Source: the human T2T-CHM13v2.0 reference genome, Homo sapiens | Assembly: GCF_009914755.1 (NCBI RefSeq) | Contig: NC_060929.1 | Reading direction: 5' to 3' (one strand) | Length of the DNA: 64,000 nucleotides | Made by a program: the position numbers and the translations under genes | In this document: positions 12,378 to 26,940 of the stretch, piece after piece | How positions within the stretch are numbered: the stretch's first letter is position 1 | How the letters are laid out: each line of letters begins with the position of its first letter | Notes under the pieces: model-generated | Told to the model about the DNA's origin: nothing | What the model saw: the letters and a program-made list of their open reading frames with translations, nothing else | The model's database searches: none

Positions 12378-13046
12378 CAGAAATAGAATTCTTGATTAGT
12401 GTTTTGGTTTTTTTCTCACATCTTAAAATATTTTACTGTATTCTTTTCTTGCTAATGTGATTCCGATGAGAAGTCCACATTAACTCCTGTCCTTTTTCCT
12501 GTGTAGGTAAGCTGTCCTGAATCTCCATTTTTAAAAAGATTTTCTTTTTGTCATTGGTTTTCTGTAGTTTGATTATGATATGTCTAGGTATTTTTATTTT
12601 ATTTTATTTTCAAAATTTTTTTGTTTGTTTTTATCTTGGTGTTGTGAGTTTCCTGGACCTGTGGCTTGGTGAGTGTCATTAATTTTGGAAATTTTAAGCC
12701 ACTATAATTTCAAATATTTCTCTTTGTCCATTTGCTTTTTTTTCTCCTTCTGGCATTCTATTACATATATGCTGACCTTTTGAAATTGTCCCATTCTTGG
12801 ATTTTGTGTTCTGTATTTTTTAGTTTTTTTTTGTATTTTGATATGCAAAGTCTATATTGACCTATTTTTAAGTTCACTGATTCTTTTCCTGGCCTTGTAT
12901 AGTCTTTGAATTTACATTATATAACTACTATGTTAGTATTTGTTGAAATTAATTGGCAATGATACTTTTATAAGTTCAATATAATACATCTGGATCCACA
13001 AAGAATATAATATATTGATTAAACTGTTCTAGGTCAAGAATTTGGT

Positions 13047-13333
13047 GCTGGGTGCAGTGGTTAATACCTGTAATGCTAGTACTTTGGGAGGATTACTTGA
13101 GCCTAGGAGTACAAGACCACCCTAGGCAATGAAGTGAGACTCTGTCTCTCAAAGAAGAAAAACAATTAGTCAAATGTGGTGGCAGGTGCCTGTAGACCCA
13201 GCAACTCACGAAGCTGAGGGAGGAGGATCACCTGAAATCAGGAGTTTAAGGTTGCAATGAGCTATGATTTACGCCACTGCACTCCAGCCTGGGTGACAGA
13301 GTGAGACTCCATCTCAAAAAAAAAAAAAAAAAA
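13047..13333 (+). mobile_element. AluJ
   Basis: J-type ggaggatcacctgaaatcaggagtttaaggttgcaatgagctatgat; polyA tail. Confidence 0.9.
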
Positions 13334-13929
13334 AGAAATGTTTGTTTGTTTTTCCCTTTCTTCCTTGTGCCTAAAAAATTTTGGTGTGTAAGAAGTGAGA
13401 AGTAAATAATCATTGGCCAGTTTAAAGTATAAATAAGTATGTTGTGATTTAAAACAAATAAAGATTTTACATTTGAAAAATAGGTTTGACTTCTGGACAA
13501 TTACTGTAAAGTTAGTGTTGGCATAATGAGATTTGTGAGCTATTCCTGGAATACCCTGAATTTCAGTGATTATCCCAATCAGTATAAAAATCTTTAAATT
13601 CCCTTCCACTTTTCAGATTAGAGTTCTAATTAGAGCTTTTCTCATATTGCAACATTTTAATAAAGATTTGAGGTAATAAGTTTTGTGCACTTGTGTGAGT
13701 GTGTGTGTGTTGTGTATATGTTGCTCCTTTTAAACACCACAACAAAAACAATAAAACCATTTGAGCATCATCCTTTCTACTACTGAAGGAGCAGCTGTTT
13801 CTCAGAGAAGGCCATTGTAATAGCCTGGCGAATATATGCACTAGATATTTTCCCAGTCTCTCCAAAAGCATCACAATCATTTGCTCAAATAACAATACTC
13901 TATAAAAAAAGCAACATGCAAAATTTATA

Positions 13930-15185
13930 ATAGGGACTACTACTCATGTGTTCTGAATTTATCCTGAAACCCCAATCACCACCGTGACCTTTCGCTTAGT
14001 GGGGTGACATATGGACTCAGCTAATTCACGGAGTCTTGATTCAGGTCCATCTCAGCACAGTTCACTGAGGCCAGGAACTAACACAGTGGTTATTTTTCTG
14101 ACTGAAAATAAAATCAAAACGGGTATGTTTAGCAGTTAATCTATTCTTCACATTGATTCCTTGATCTTTCGAGTAAGAGTGATTGTCATAGCAAAGGCCA
14201 AATGGAAGTCCCTGAAATTTTCACACCGGGCCATTATAGCCCCTGGCCAAGAGAACAAATTAGAAACAATATTTCATCCCAGAGGAATAGCAGAACTTAG
14301 TGCCACTGTCAAAGACTTTAAGGATGCAGATACATGGATTCCATCATATGCACATTACTCATATCCACATTTAATGGGAAGCTATGCTTCATGCTTCTAT
14401 ACAGTCCTAAAACGATGGTTATGAGGTGCTGTCTCCAGCAGGTAGAATGTGTGGATTCAGGATCCAGGAGTGGAGGTAGCCAGGCACTGCTCTCCATCAT
14501 TTCTACATGCAGAATTTATGCTTCACTTTCCAGCAGGGAACACAATAAGAATCTCATTATACTTAAAGCTACAGTTGCCAAGTGTTCTCCTTGAACTCTT
14601 CATGCCAATGACCTAGCAGGCATAAAAAGGAATTAGTAAAACAGCCAGGGTAATTGGTCCTGGCAGGTAAGATGGCTGCTACATAAGATGGACAGGAATG
14701 TGGTCACTTAGGCTGGAGTGCAGTGGCACAATCTCGGCTCACAGCAGTCTCTGCCTCTTACCTGGCAGGTGATGGCTGCTACATAAGATGGACAGTGTTT
14801 GGCAATCAGGTGGTCTACTGCAGGGTTTCTTGATAATCCCATGCTCAGTTCTTATTCTCAATATGAAAGTGGAACAACCACAACTTAATAAGGTCACAGT
14901 ATCCAGGAATCTATGATAGTAGATGGTAGATAGGCCATAGTATCTATGAATCTTCACCCACAAGCCACCTAGACCAACAGAAGTGCTAGCAAAGATCAGT
15001 GTCATTTAACTGTGGTAGAGAAGGGAGATGAGTATCAGGTCAGTCCTCAGGACTGACTGCAGCATTAGGGGCTGTGGTTCATCGCATTAACCTTCCACTT
15101 TTAACTCTTCCTAGGAATTGTGGTGATTTAGAATCCTGGAGTAGCTGTGTCTGGATCCAGTGAACATAAATTGAGAACAAAGTGA
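13930..15185 (+). mobile_element. ERVL-class internal remnant (HERV16/ERV3-16A3-like): protease-RT junction joined to the dUTPase-like/3' region
   Basis: VRVIVIAKAKWKSLK...PRGIAELSATVKDFKDA resembles ERVL VRAIMVGKAKWKPLE...PGGIAEISATIKDLKDA; downstream KPPRPTEVLA and VVEKGDEYQV resemble KEPRPAEVLAE / VVEEGSYKYQL. Confidence 0.75.
14703..14758 (-). mobile_element. Tail-less ~55-bp Alu right-arm fragment between direct repeats
   Basis: gtcacttaggctggagtgcagtggcacaatctcggctcacagcagtctctgcctct. Confidence 0.85.
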
Positions 15186-15621
15186 TTTTCAGTGGGGTGA
15201 TGGGTGAGCTGAAGCCAATGCCTTCTGGTAACTTACTCACTCTGCAGCTGCTGTTAGTGCTGGCTGCTAATAGGCTCACAACCATCCCCTTCATTAGGAC
15301 CACAATCCTTGGTTGAAAAGAGCTTCCTTACCCAGGAGAGCTCCTTCCCATGCCACAGGCATACTGCTTTCAATATTTAATTATATGGAAATACAAAAGT
15401 CTGGCCACAATGCCTCAAAGTGAAGGCAACTTTTTGGTGAGATTTATGTTCCAGATTCTCCTGTGAATGAAGCCAAGGCTGAGTTCTCTGAGACTATATT
15501 CTCTCTCAGCGTGTACCTATTCACTGTGCCTGTCTTGCTTCCTTCACTCTTGCTCCTGAAAAAGATTCCTGCAATACAGTGCATGAAACCACATCACTGC
15601 TAGAAAACACTACCAAATACA
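15186..15621 (+). mobile_element. LTR16-like LTR (3' LTR of the ERVL remnant)
   Basis: Follows the ERVL internal; gcctcaaagtgaaggcaactttttggtg and tcttgcttccttcactcttgctcctga resemble LTR16C/E. Confidence 0.55.
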
Positions 15622-15881
15622 TATTTAGACACAAATTCACATGCACAAATAATAACTCGAATTTGTGTTATGCTAAATTTTCAAAACACATAAACAACTT
15701 AAACATATAAATAGGAAAGTGTAGGAATACAGTAACAATACGCTGTATATGGTGATGCTATATATGTAACTTTCAACACAAGGCAAAAAGACATGACAAA
15801 TTCAATAGTAAAGTCCTTAGAAGCTCATTTGTGTGGGAGGTAGTTAAGAATTATCATTAACTCTTACATCAGCCCTGTTTT

Positions 15882-16096
15882 ATTTTGCTTTTTTGGGACA
15901 AAGACTTGCTCAGTCACCCAGGCTGGAGTGCAGTGGCACAATCTCAGCTCACTGCAACCTCTGCCTCTGTATTTTTTGTGGAGATGGAGTTTCACCATGT
16001 TTATCAGGCTGTTCTCGAACTCCTGACCTCAAGTGATATGCCTGCCTCAGCCTCCCAAAATGCTGGGATTATAGGCATGAGCCACCGCACCTGGCC
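15882..16096 (-). mobile_element. AluS with ~90-bp internal deletion
   Basis: ctctgcctct joined directly to gtatttttt; TSD agc(c/a)ctgtttt. Confidence 0.9.
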
Positions 16097-16796
16097 AGCA
16101 CTGTTTTCTTCTACTATTTTTTTAAATTATACAAGTCATATTTCACAAATATTGATATCTATACATATATATTTATAATTTTAATAGGCAACATTATCTA
16201 TATTAAAAATAGTTCTATAGCAGTAGTGTTTATTTCTTTCCATTGTATGGTAAGAAAACACAAGAAAGAATGCTTTCACCTGTTATTCTAGAAAAAAAAA
16301 GATGGTCAAATTATAATAAAATGCGACCATGTAATATTACCTGGTCAAAATAATTTGAATATTACAAGGTCAAATGTATACTAATATTACAAGTAAAACC
16401 TTTACTTCATCTTGAGAGCCAAGTAGAATTGTTTATTTATTTTACTAGCCATAAATTCTGTTTTCCTTGACAGCACAGTGTATGAATAAATAACAGTTTT
16501 ACATATAAGTGAATAGCTTTATAGCTATTCTTTAATTAAAATTGAATCCTTTCTTTAAAAAGATGTTCTTATTCTCATTTTCACGTTTTTCTTTCTCAAG
16601 CAGCAAATTAATATTACTGCTTTTTAGGCAGAAGAAATTTTATGCACTTGTGCTTGTGTGTATTTTTGAGAAAACTTGCAGCAGATAAACTTCTCTTTGA
16701 ATGTTTCTGAATGGTCTTATTTCTGAATAAGAAGATGTGTCTCTGTGTGTATAAATATATACACGAGAGACAGATACTAGATAAAAAGATAGATAG

Positions 16797-17335
<539 letters not shown>

Positions 17336-17676
17336 TATTCCCTAAATCTTAATCACATCTGTTCATCACCACCCTTGTTGGCTATATACCACTCCCCATA
17401 TGATTGTTTACAAGCTCTCCTTATTTTTATTCTCTAAGCACCACTGATACAACATTGGTGTGTACACAATTGTACAAAAAAATTAGGGATAAAGAATGGG
17501 ATTCTATATCAGGCTAAGAAGCACTCCAATCAGTTGAGATTCTTTGCTGCAGATGACAGAAATCAACAAATATTGACTTAAAAACACAATCAAAACAAAA
17601 ATTAATTTGATTAGAGGCTCCATTGTCAGCTCTTTGCTAATTATATTAATTCCATGGGCTACATTTTAGTGCATAA

Positions 17677-18173
17677 TGTAAGCAGAATAGTGGTCTTTAA
17701 TGATACACACATCCTACTCTCTGGAAACTGTGTATATATTACCTTACATTCAAAAGGAATTTTGCAGAAGGACATTCCAGACTGGGAGGTCATCCTGGAT
17801 TACCTCACTGGTCCCAAGGTAAGAAAGGCCCTTAAAAGATGGAAGAGAGGAGCAGGAAAATCAGAGTCAGAGAGGAGATGCTATGATCATAGCTTTAGGT
17901 AAAGCAGTGAGATTGCTGCCTTTGAAGATGTAAAGAGGACACAGGCCAAGGAACACAGGCAGCCTCTAGATGTGTGAAAAGCAAGGAAAAGTATTACTTC
18001 CTTAGAGCTTCCAGAAGGAAGACAACCCTGCCAGCATCTTGATTTTAGCCCATAAGACCTCTTGGATTTTTGTATTTCTGACCCCCAGAACTGTATGATA
18101 ATCCTTATTTGTTGTTTTAAGCAAGAAATATTATAATAATTTGTTATAGCAGCAATTACAAACCAAAATAGCA
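17677..18173 (+). mobile_element. MLT1D-like LTR
   Basis: ttaccttacattcaaaaggaattttgcag, gccaaggaacacaggcagcctctag, ccagaactgtatgataat...ttgttatagcagcaat. Confidence 0.85.
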
Positions 18174-18267
18174 TGTTATTCTTTTGCCCTTTCAGCTGTC
18201 AGAAAATTATTATATCTCTCTGACATTATGACGTTATGATAGATTGTCCTGTTCATTTTGTATGAAC

Positions 18268-18444
18268 ATTTAACTTTGCTTACAATGAGCACATATTAGT
18301 CATATAATCAGGAATTTATATATAGAATATGTAAAACAGATGACATTTATGACAATATTTAACATTGCTTACAATGAGCACATATTAGTCATATAATCAG
18401 GAATTCATATATAGAATATATAAAACAGATGACATTTATGATAA
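18268..18444 (+). repeat. Tandem duplication, 89-bp unit x2
   Basis: ttgcttacaatgagcacatattagtcatataatcaggaatt...aaaacagatgacatttatga occurs twice, about 4 mismatches. Confidence 0.95.
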
Positions 18445-19785
18445 GTTTGAAATGTGTCTTCTCAAAACAAGAGATTAATGTGGAAGAGAAAACTTGAAAA
18501 ATAGCTAAATGCAAGCAAGAAAGCTTAGTACAGAGAGAATGACAGAGGAAGAAAAAGAGTAAGAAAGAAAAATGTAGAAGAAATAAAATGCCTACCTAAG
18601 GACTTTGTCCCTAACATAGTAAGCATTGAAGACCTCCTGAAGGTTTTTGGGGAAAAAATAGATTAAATGAAGTTGAGCTTAAATTATGTATCATTACTAA
18701 ATAGATTACTTAAGAACAATTGCTGAAGGTTGATGTATAATTTAGCTGAAAGCCTTTGTTTTTATTTACCACATTTCATATTAAAACCATATTGACTATT
18801 TTAATAGCAAAATATATGTTCACTATATCAAAATATGTTTAATATAAATAGAAGACAAAATATTTGAATAATCAACCATAAAGCAAATGAGAACATTATA
18901 AAGGAGTGAAATATATGTTAGATTTCTTAATCACCTACTGAAGAGGTGATATAGATGAAGAGACTTTTTGCTTGAATTTTTGCAAGAGAATTTTTGCTTG
19001 AATTAAGTAAATTAAAAATAAAATTTTGTGTCAATGCCTTCTAAAATTCACATTTTATAGCCGCTTCCAAGATAGTTTTATTTTCTGAGGTACTTGAAAT
19101 GAGAGGTATAAGGTTGAGTATAAAACACTTTGCTCCCTCTGATCTCTTTAATTCTAAAATTTTGTTTATAACTATTAAAATTTCTCAGTGTCCCTGAACA
19201 CTGATATTAGGGTAATATAGTGCAATTTCCTTTCTGCCTTTTACTCTCAGAAAATCATTATAAATAAAGTGATGATAGAGTTTCATGATTTTATAAGAAA
19301 AAGAAATAAGTACTTAGCTCTTTGTGTCTATCTTGAGATAAAACCATAAGGTGACTTTCAAGCAGTAATTTTAGTCAACTATGATATATTTTAGTAACCA
19401 TTGAATTTGCTTTTAGGAATAACAGTTTTTTGAGGTTTTTGTTTTAACTCCAGATATGGAAAAATTTCAAAAGGTTTTTGGGGTTTGTCCATAAATATGT
19501 ATGAAGCATTCATCTTATTCAGTCATTTAGTATGTGCATCTGTGATACATTTACAATGTCTTTATGATAGATCCTAACTTAAAGTCAGAATATAGACAAA
19601 GCTTCCATGTTAGGGGCCTATTTTAATACTTACAATAATAGGAGGACATCTCTCACATGTGTTCTCTTAACAGACTGAATATATTGAGTAACTACAAAAT
19701 AGAACAACACATTTGTTTACTCTTTGGATTATTATGTTGTTTGACAAGTTGAGGTCAGCATTGGAGACATCATATCATAGTGAAC

Positions 19786-20136
<351 letters not shown>

Positions 20137-20469
20137 TAAACATACTTCAAATCCTTAGGTATACATGGCTGCATTTTATAACTTTTACATTCTGCTGATG
20201 TGTCAGCCCTACTTCTTGACAAATGTATTTTGGTTCTCTGCAAATCATCCCTAAGAGATTTCTGGACATCTGCAGAGGATGTTTCAGATACACTCAAAGA
20301 CAAATTTTATTCTGCTTGTTGCTCCAGTCCTGATTCATGGCATATAGCAGCTGGTGCACCAGAGGCCAAGGGAGAGCAGGAAGCTCTCTTTCCCCAAAAT
20401 AAGTAGAAGCAATGTTCAAATCTACCATTCTAGATAATAGTTGTTCACCTGGGAATCAAAGAGCACAGC

Positions 20470-21050
20470 CTGTCAATCTATAAAATGAGAGAAAATATTT
20501 GCAAACCATCTCTCTGTTAAAGAGGTAATATTCAAAATATATAATCTATAATATATACACAATTCGATAGTAAAAACATAACAAAATAAAAAGTAAAAGA
20601 AAGAAAAAATCACAAATAATTTTCCCAATTAAAAAATGGGCAAATAACAGGAATAGACATTTTTCCAGAGAAGACATGCGAATGGTCAATATGTAAGTGT
20701 AAAGATGCTCAACATCACTAATATTCAGAGAAATGCAAATCAAATCACAATGAGGTATCATCTCACACCTGGTAGGAGGGCTATTATAAAAAAGACATGT
20801 GATTACAAGTGTTGGTGAGGGTACGGAGAAAACGGAATCCTTGTACACCGTTGATGACAGTGTAAACTAGTCCAGCCATTATGAAAAACACTATGGAAGC
20901 AAAACAAATTCTGAGGTTGTAATATACAGCATGATTGGTGATCAATGTGTTTGTGATAAACATTACACAAAGTATATGTATATCGAATTATCATGTTGCA
21001 CACCTTAAACATATACAATCTTTGTCAATTACATATTTTAAAATAAAAAA
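20470..21050 (+). mobile_element. L1MA/L1MB 3' fragment with internal deletion
   Basis: gagaaaatatttgcaaaccat...gaaatgcaaatcaaatcacaatgagg; 3' catgttgcacaccttaaacatatacaat. Confidence 0.8.
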
Positions 21051-21103
21051 TCCTAATGAGCACAGACTATACTGTGTGTTCATAAGACTAATTATGAAAA
21101 TAG

Positions 21104-21660
<557 letters not shown>

Positions 21661-21734
21661 TTCCTACAATTACTCTCTCCTCAAAGCACTGAACTTGTTC
21701 GTGGACTCAGAAAATAAATTGAATACAGCCTCAG

Positions 21735-22060
21735 TTGTTTCTATTTTTCAGTTATTGTGAGTAATGCTACTATGTACATGCATGTGTATGTTTTCATGCA
21801 GTCCTTCATTTTCATTTCCCTTGGGTTCCACTCCTAACAGTGGAATTGCTGTGTCATATGATAACTCTAGGCTTAATATTTTGATGGACTATCAAACTGT
21901 TTTCCAAAGAAGCTGCACCATTTTACATTCCCATCAGCAATGTATGAAGTTTCAATTTATCCACATGCCCTTCAATATTGGTTATTGCATGTCTTTGTTT
22001 TAATACCCATCTTATTGTGTGTGAAGTTATATCTCAATGTAATTACTTACATTTCCTAAT
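21735..22060 (-). mobile_element. L1MB-like fragment
   Basis: ggaattgctgtgtcatatg...caaactgttttccaaagaagctgcaccattttacattcccatcagcaatgtatga. Confidence 0.8.
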
Positions 22061-22149
22061 CATTAATTTTATATCTACCTACCCATATCTATCTATCTAT
22101 AAATACCTATTGATATTGTTCCCCCAGTGATTGTCGTGGGAATTATCAT

Positions 22150-24630
22150 TATTCCTTTACTTTATATCAGTATAATACAGAGTAGTACTAATTTATTTTC
22201 AATATTATACAAAACATTTACTCCATTTTCTCCTTTCATTTTGTGCTATTATTATACAAATTACTTCCTTATAGATTGTATTCTCATCAACACGGATTTA
22301 TAATTATTTATTTAAAGAGTTGCCTTTTTATATCAGAAAAGAGAAAAAAGATAGAAATAAAAAATATATTTATATATTTTATATTTACCTATGTAGCTAC
22401 TTTCACCAGTGCTCTTTCTATCTTTCTGTACATTTGGGTTACTCTCTAATGTCCTTTCTATTCAGCCTGAAGGACTTCCTTTCATATTTCTTATAGAGCA
22501 GGTCTGCTTAGTAACAAGTTACTTCTTAATTGCTTATATAAGACTGTATTAAAATGCTTCTTCATTTCTGAAGGGTAATTTTGCTGGTTATAGAGTCTTT
22601 GGTTGACTTTTTTTCTTCTAGCTCTTGAATATGTCCTTTCACTGACTTAGGCCTCCAGAGTGTCTTCTAAGAAATTACCTATTAATCCTATTGAGGGTTT
22701 TTGTGTATGTGATGAGCTACTTCTCTCTTGCTACCCTCAAGATTTTTTCTTTGCCTTTTAATAGTGTCATTTTGATGTGTCACGTGTGGGTCTGTTTGAG
22801 TTCATCCTATTTGGAGTTTGTTGAGGTTCTTGGATGTATAGATTAATTTTTTTAAATCAAAAATTTGTGTGTTTCTACTCTCCTCTGGCACCCCATCATG
22901 CATATGATGGTATGCTTGTTGAATTACACAGGTCCCTAAGACTTTGTTCATTTTTCTTTATCGTTTCTTTATTCTCTGTCTTCCTCAGACTACATAATCT
23001 TAATGGACTAAGCTTCAATTTTATGATTTCTTTCTTCTGTCTCAAATATGCAGTTGAGTTCTTCTACTGAACTTTTCATGGAAGTTTTTGTAAGTTTCAA
23101 GTACAGAATTTTGACTTGATTTTTTTATGTATACATTTTTATTGATATTCTCTGTTTGGTGAGGCATTGTTCTTATGCTTTCCTTTAGTTATTTGAACAA
23201 AGTTTCCTTCAGTTTCTTGAATATACTCAAATAGCTGATTTTAAAGTTTTTGTGTAGTCATTTTAATATCTAAACTTCTTGAGAATAGTTTCTATTAACT
23301 GCCCCCTACATCTGTAGCTATGAGTCACATCTTCATTTTTCTTTGAGTGTCTCTTAAATTTTGTTAGAAAATTTGACATTTTAACAGACATATTGTGGCA
23401 ACTCTGGAAAACAGAGGCTCTCCCACCCCAGGGCTTGTTTTTGTTGCTATTTATTGGTGTTGTTTAGTGACTTCTATAAAATAATTCTGTAAAGTGTGGA
23501 TTCTTTGTCCTACTTGATTATTGAAGTCATTGCTTGTCTAGCTTAGTGGTTAGACTAAGTGGATAGACTTTCCTTAAATTCCAGAAACCAAGAAGTCTCT
23601 CAGTCTTTGCTGAGTGGGTCTCTGGGCACATTGATGCATACCTTCAGTACTCAGGTGACAGTTTACATCTTTGTCTTACTTAGCCTTCACTTTCTGCTTG
23701 CAACGAGCGCTAAGGTTTGTCAGCAAGAGCTTAGGGCCTTCTCAGCTCTACCCTGTGCATACACACAGGTCTGGGTACAGCCCTAAGTATGCATACAGCA
23801 TTTTAGATTTCCAAGAATATGTTGGAGCATTCTGAAGTTCTCTACAGACATCTCATTTCACCAGATTTTTGATTTTTATTTTAAGTGTTTCCTTTAACCT
23901 CTTGTTGTCTCCAACCATCATTTCCTTCCTTGGGCACTCACAGTCTTAAACTATTTCCTTTGATTGTTCTTGAAAATGCACCATTGGAAAAGTTTATTCT
24001 CATTAGGTAAGCTTCAAGTCATACATAATAAAGACTACTTTGAAGATGGGTGTGGGGATATGGCAGACTCGTTGAACAATGATGGTTCTCTGGGAACAGG
24101 TAAGTTCAGGAGGCCCAACTTCTTACCCCTCTTCAGTAGCTATTATTCAGTTGTTTGCAGACTGTTGGTTTTTAAGGCTACAATGAAGAGGGAAAAAGGA
24201 GATAAAAAGAGGGCCACTTAGAACGCCACAATGCTTGCTGTTGTTACTGAGATTCACCCATTTTTCTTTTTTCTTTTCTTTCTTTTTTTTTTCTGGATGG
24301 AGTCTTGCTTCATTGCTCAGCCTGAAGTGCAGTGCTGGGATGTCAGCTCACTGAAGCCTCTGTCTCCCAGGTTCAAGCAATTCTCTGCCTCAGCCTCCTG
24401 AGTAGCTGGGATTACAGGCACACGCCATGACACAGAGCTAATTTTTGTATTTTTAGTAGAGACAGGATTTCGCCTTGTTGGCTAGGCTGCTCTCAAACTC
24501 CTGGTCTCAAGTGATCCACCCACCTTGGCCTCCCAAAGTGCTGGGATTACAGGAGTGAGCCACTGCGCCCAGCCTCATCCATTTTCCTTAAGTAAGGGTT
24601 CCCTGAATAGCTGCAAGGCTTTAATTAAGG
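22150..24630 (-). mobile_element. L1MC/MD-type 5' region (ORF1 and 5'UTR), interrupted by an Alu
   Basis: ttcagcctgaaggacttcctttcatatttcttatagagcaggtctgc; 5'-end motif ccacaatgcttgctgttgttactgagattcacccattttt. Confidence 0.7.
24267..24574 (-). mobile_element. AluS
   Basis: Full dimer; TSD tca(c/t)ccatttt. Confidence 0.93.
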
Positions 24631-25487
24631 GAGAGAACTAAATGTTATTTCATTGAATGCCCTGATTTCCAGAAATATCTTTTCTTGTCCCCATTTTGTA
24701 ATACCAAGTTAAGTTCCTCCAAAATAATCAGAATCAATTACCCTTTGCACCATTCCCCTAGGAGTCTATGTTACCAATTAAATAATTTTGTTCTATCCAA
24801 GCTCTTGTTCAGGCATCTGTGCCATCAATCACTGTCCATGTGTTAAAATACAAACCTCAGACCTTATTCCTTTCCATGCAGTGTGGACAACCTAATGTAC
24901 TGTCTACAAGGCAGATGTTTCTGCCCTTTTGGAAGATTTCACTTTACCTTGTCTTTAGGGTCACCTCTGTATAGGGCTATGACAAAGGAAGTACTCACAT
25001 GCATTTGGGGCAGTATGCTGGGCAAACCGATTCTTAATTCAGGTCCATGCTTTTTGTTCTTCATTTATTAGCTCATGGAGCACTCATCATGAGGCTTCAC
25101 ATAAAGATTGAACAAGATGCATAGAATGAGTCTCACACATACCATTTCCATTTAACAATGGACTCTTGGTGCATACTTATTATGCAGACTCCTGTCCAAA
25201 CTTATTATGCGGTAGATACTATATTAGCAAGCTCATGATGAGCAGGTAAAGTCACAGTCACCTAGGGTTCAAGGTTAGACATTAGTTCTTATGAGTGCTT
25301 AGTAGGAAACCATGACATACTTCTCAAAATAGGTTGATGCAGTGTAGCCCCATGTCGTACAGGTTATCTCTAAAATTCTAAGAGTTTCACCAGAGGTTAT
25401 GCCATTTTATCTTGCAGTGGGCAGTGCAAGGAATAGCAGCTTATATCTCAGTATGGAGGAAAATTCCAATATGCCTGCTCTAATAAT

Positions 25488-25750
25488 TTATTATTGTATT
25501 AAAAGCTACTCCAAAACTTAATGACAAAATAGCAAAAATAATTTACTTTGCTCATGAATCTGGAACAATCTCAGGGGGTGGAAAATGTTGTCTGACTCAT
25601 AAGACATGAGACAGAGTGACTCAACTGGGGCAGAGGGATCCAGTTTTAAGGTGATTAACTCACATTACTGACAGATTAAGGCTACTGTGACTGGGAACTC
25701 AGCCATAGCCTTTTACAGGGCTATTTGGGCTTCCTCAAAGAATGGGGCCT
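25488..25750 (-). mobile_element. MLT1H/I-like LTR fragment
   Basis: ctactccaaaacttaatg...tttgctcatgaatctg...gggcttcctca. Confidence 0.5.
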
Positions 25751-26317
25751 TCACACAAAATCTAAAATTTCTCTCCTCTGTATATCATCTTAGTAAATGA
25801 CTAAGCTGTTTCCATTTATTATGATCCAGTGATTAGTTAGAGGTCTCCAATATCTGCATGATAAGATACTCTCATTACTAGTGTGTTTCTGAGGCCTATT
25901 GTGATCACTGCACCTGATTTTTTTCAAACAGTTAATTGCTACCCCTTGGCCTCTACAGTTTCTGAATTTCATTATTTCCTTTGAAATTAGGAAAAACTAC
26001 TTAATAACAGCATTCATCACCATTAACTCCTGCCTACAAAGGACAAGCACCGTAGAGTTTTTGAGGATACTAATGCCCTCTTACTAATACACTTGCAATG
26101 TCTTATGTAAGTAATAGACTCCAGGTCCTCCCGGGCATGGATAAAAAGTCACTGAACAAGTTGACAAAATAGATCCATTGCTATATGGTCATTCTCAGAG
26201 ACTTGCAACTTCACTGTTTACCAGAAGAGTGCTGGTATTTCAATTTCATTAATACAAAGTCATTTAAGTCCAGAATTTGATTAGCCAATCTAGTAGACTA
26301 TAAACAACACTTCTATC

Positions 26318-26615
26318 TTTTTTTTTTTTTTTTTTTTTGAGATAGAGTCTCTCTGTCGCCAGGCTAGAGTGCAGTGGCGCGATCCCAGCTCACTGCAACC
26401 TCTGACTCCCTGGTTCAAGTGATTCTCCTGCCTCAGCCTCCCGAGTAGCTAGGATTACAGGCATATGCCACCACATCCAGCTAATTTTTGTATTTTTAAT
26501 AGAGCCGGGGTTTCACCATGTTGGCCAGAATGGTCTTGATCTCCTGACCTCGTGATCCACCTGCCTTGGCCTCCCAAAGTGCTGGGATTACAGGCGTGAG
26601 CCACAGTGCCCAGCC
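26318..26615 (-). mobile_element. AluSc
   Basis: tgtcgccaggct (Sc 1-bp deletion) and gatctcctgacctcgtgatcc; TSD aacacttc(t/c)atc. Confidence 0.92.
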
Positions 26616-26789
26616 AACACTTCCATCTTTTTAGGCTGTGGCATTAAACCCTGAATGCAGAGTGAGGGTAACTATAATGGTATTTGGCCCCATCGAGCGT
26701 TGTATTTCATTCTTCTTAAAACATCCTAGGAATTTCATACATTCTCCTCAGCCTTCTACCAATAAATGATAAGAAAAACCTGTAACACT

Positions 26790-26940
26790 TTTGCTGATCA
26801 GAAGCCTTACTGAAAACATGAACAGTTGGTTAACACATATTTCATAAGTTACATGGATTGTATGTTATATTCTTATGATAAAGTAAGCTAGGGAAAAGAC
26901 AATGTTATTAAGAAAATCGTAAGGAAAAGAAAATAAAAGA
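26790..26940. mobile_element. Tigger4/MER46-like DNA transposon fragment
   Basis: gaagccttactgaaaacatgaacagttggttaacacatatt...taaagtaagctagggaaaagacaatgttattaagaaaatc. Confidence 0.6.

Larger units (their letters stand above)
11250..12910 (-). mobile_element. L1M (MC/MD-type) fragment, interrupted by an L1PA end and an AluY
   Basis: T-rich antisense ORF1-region motifs such as ttttagcacatcttgcagggctgatttgctactg and gatgagaagtcc. Confidence 0.6.
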
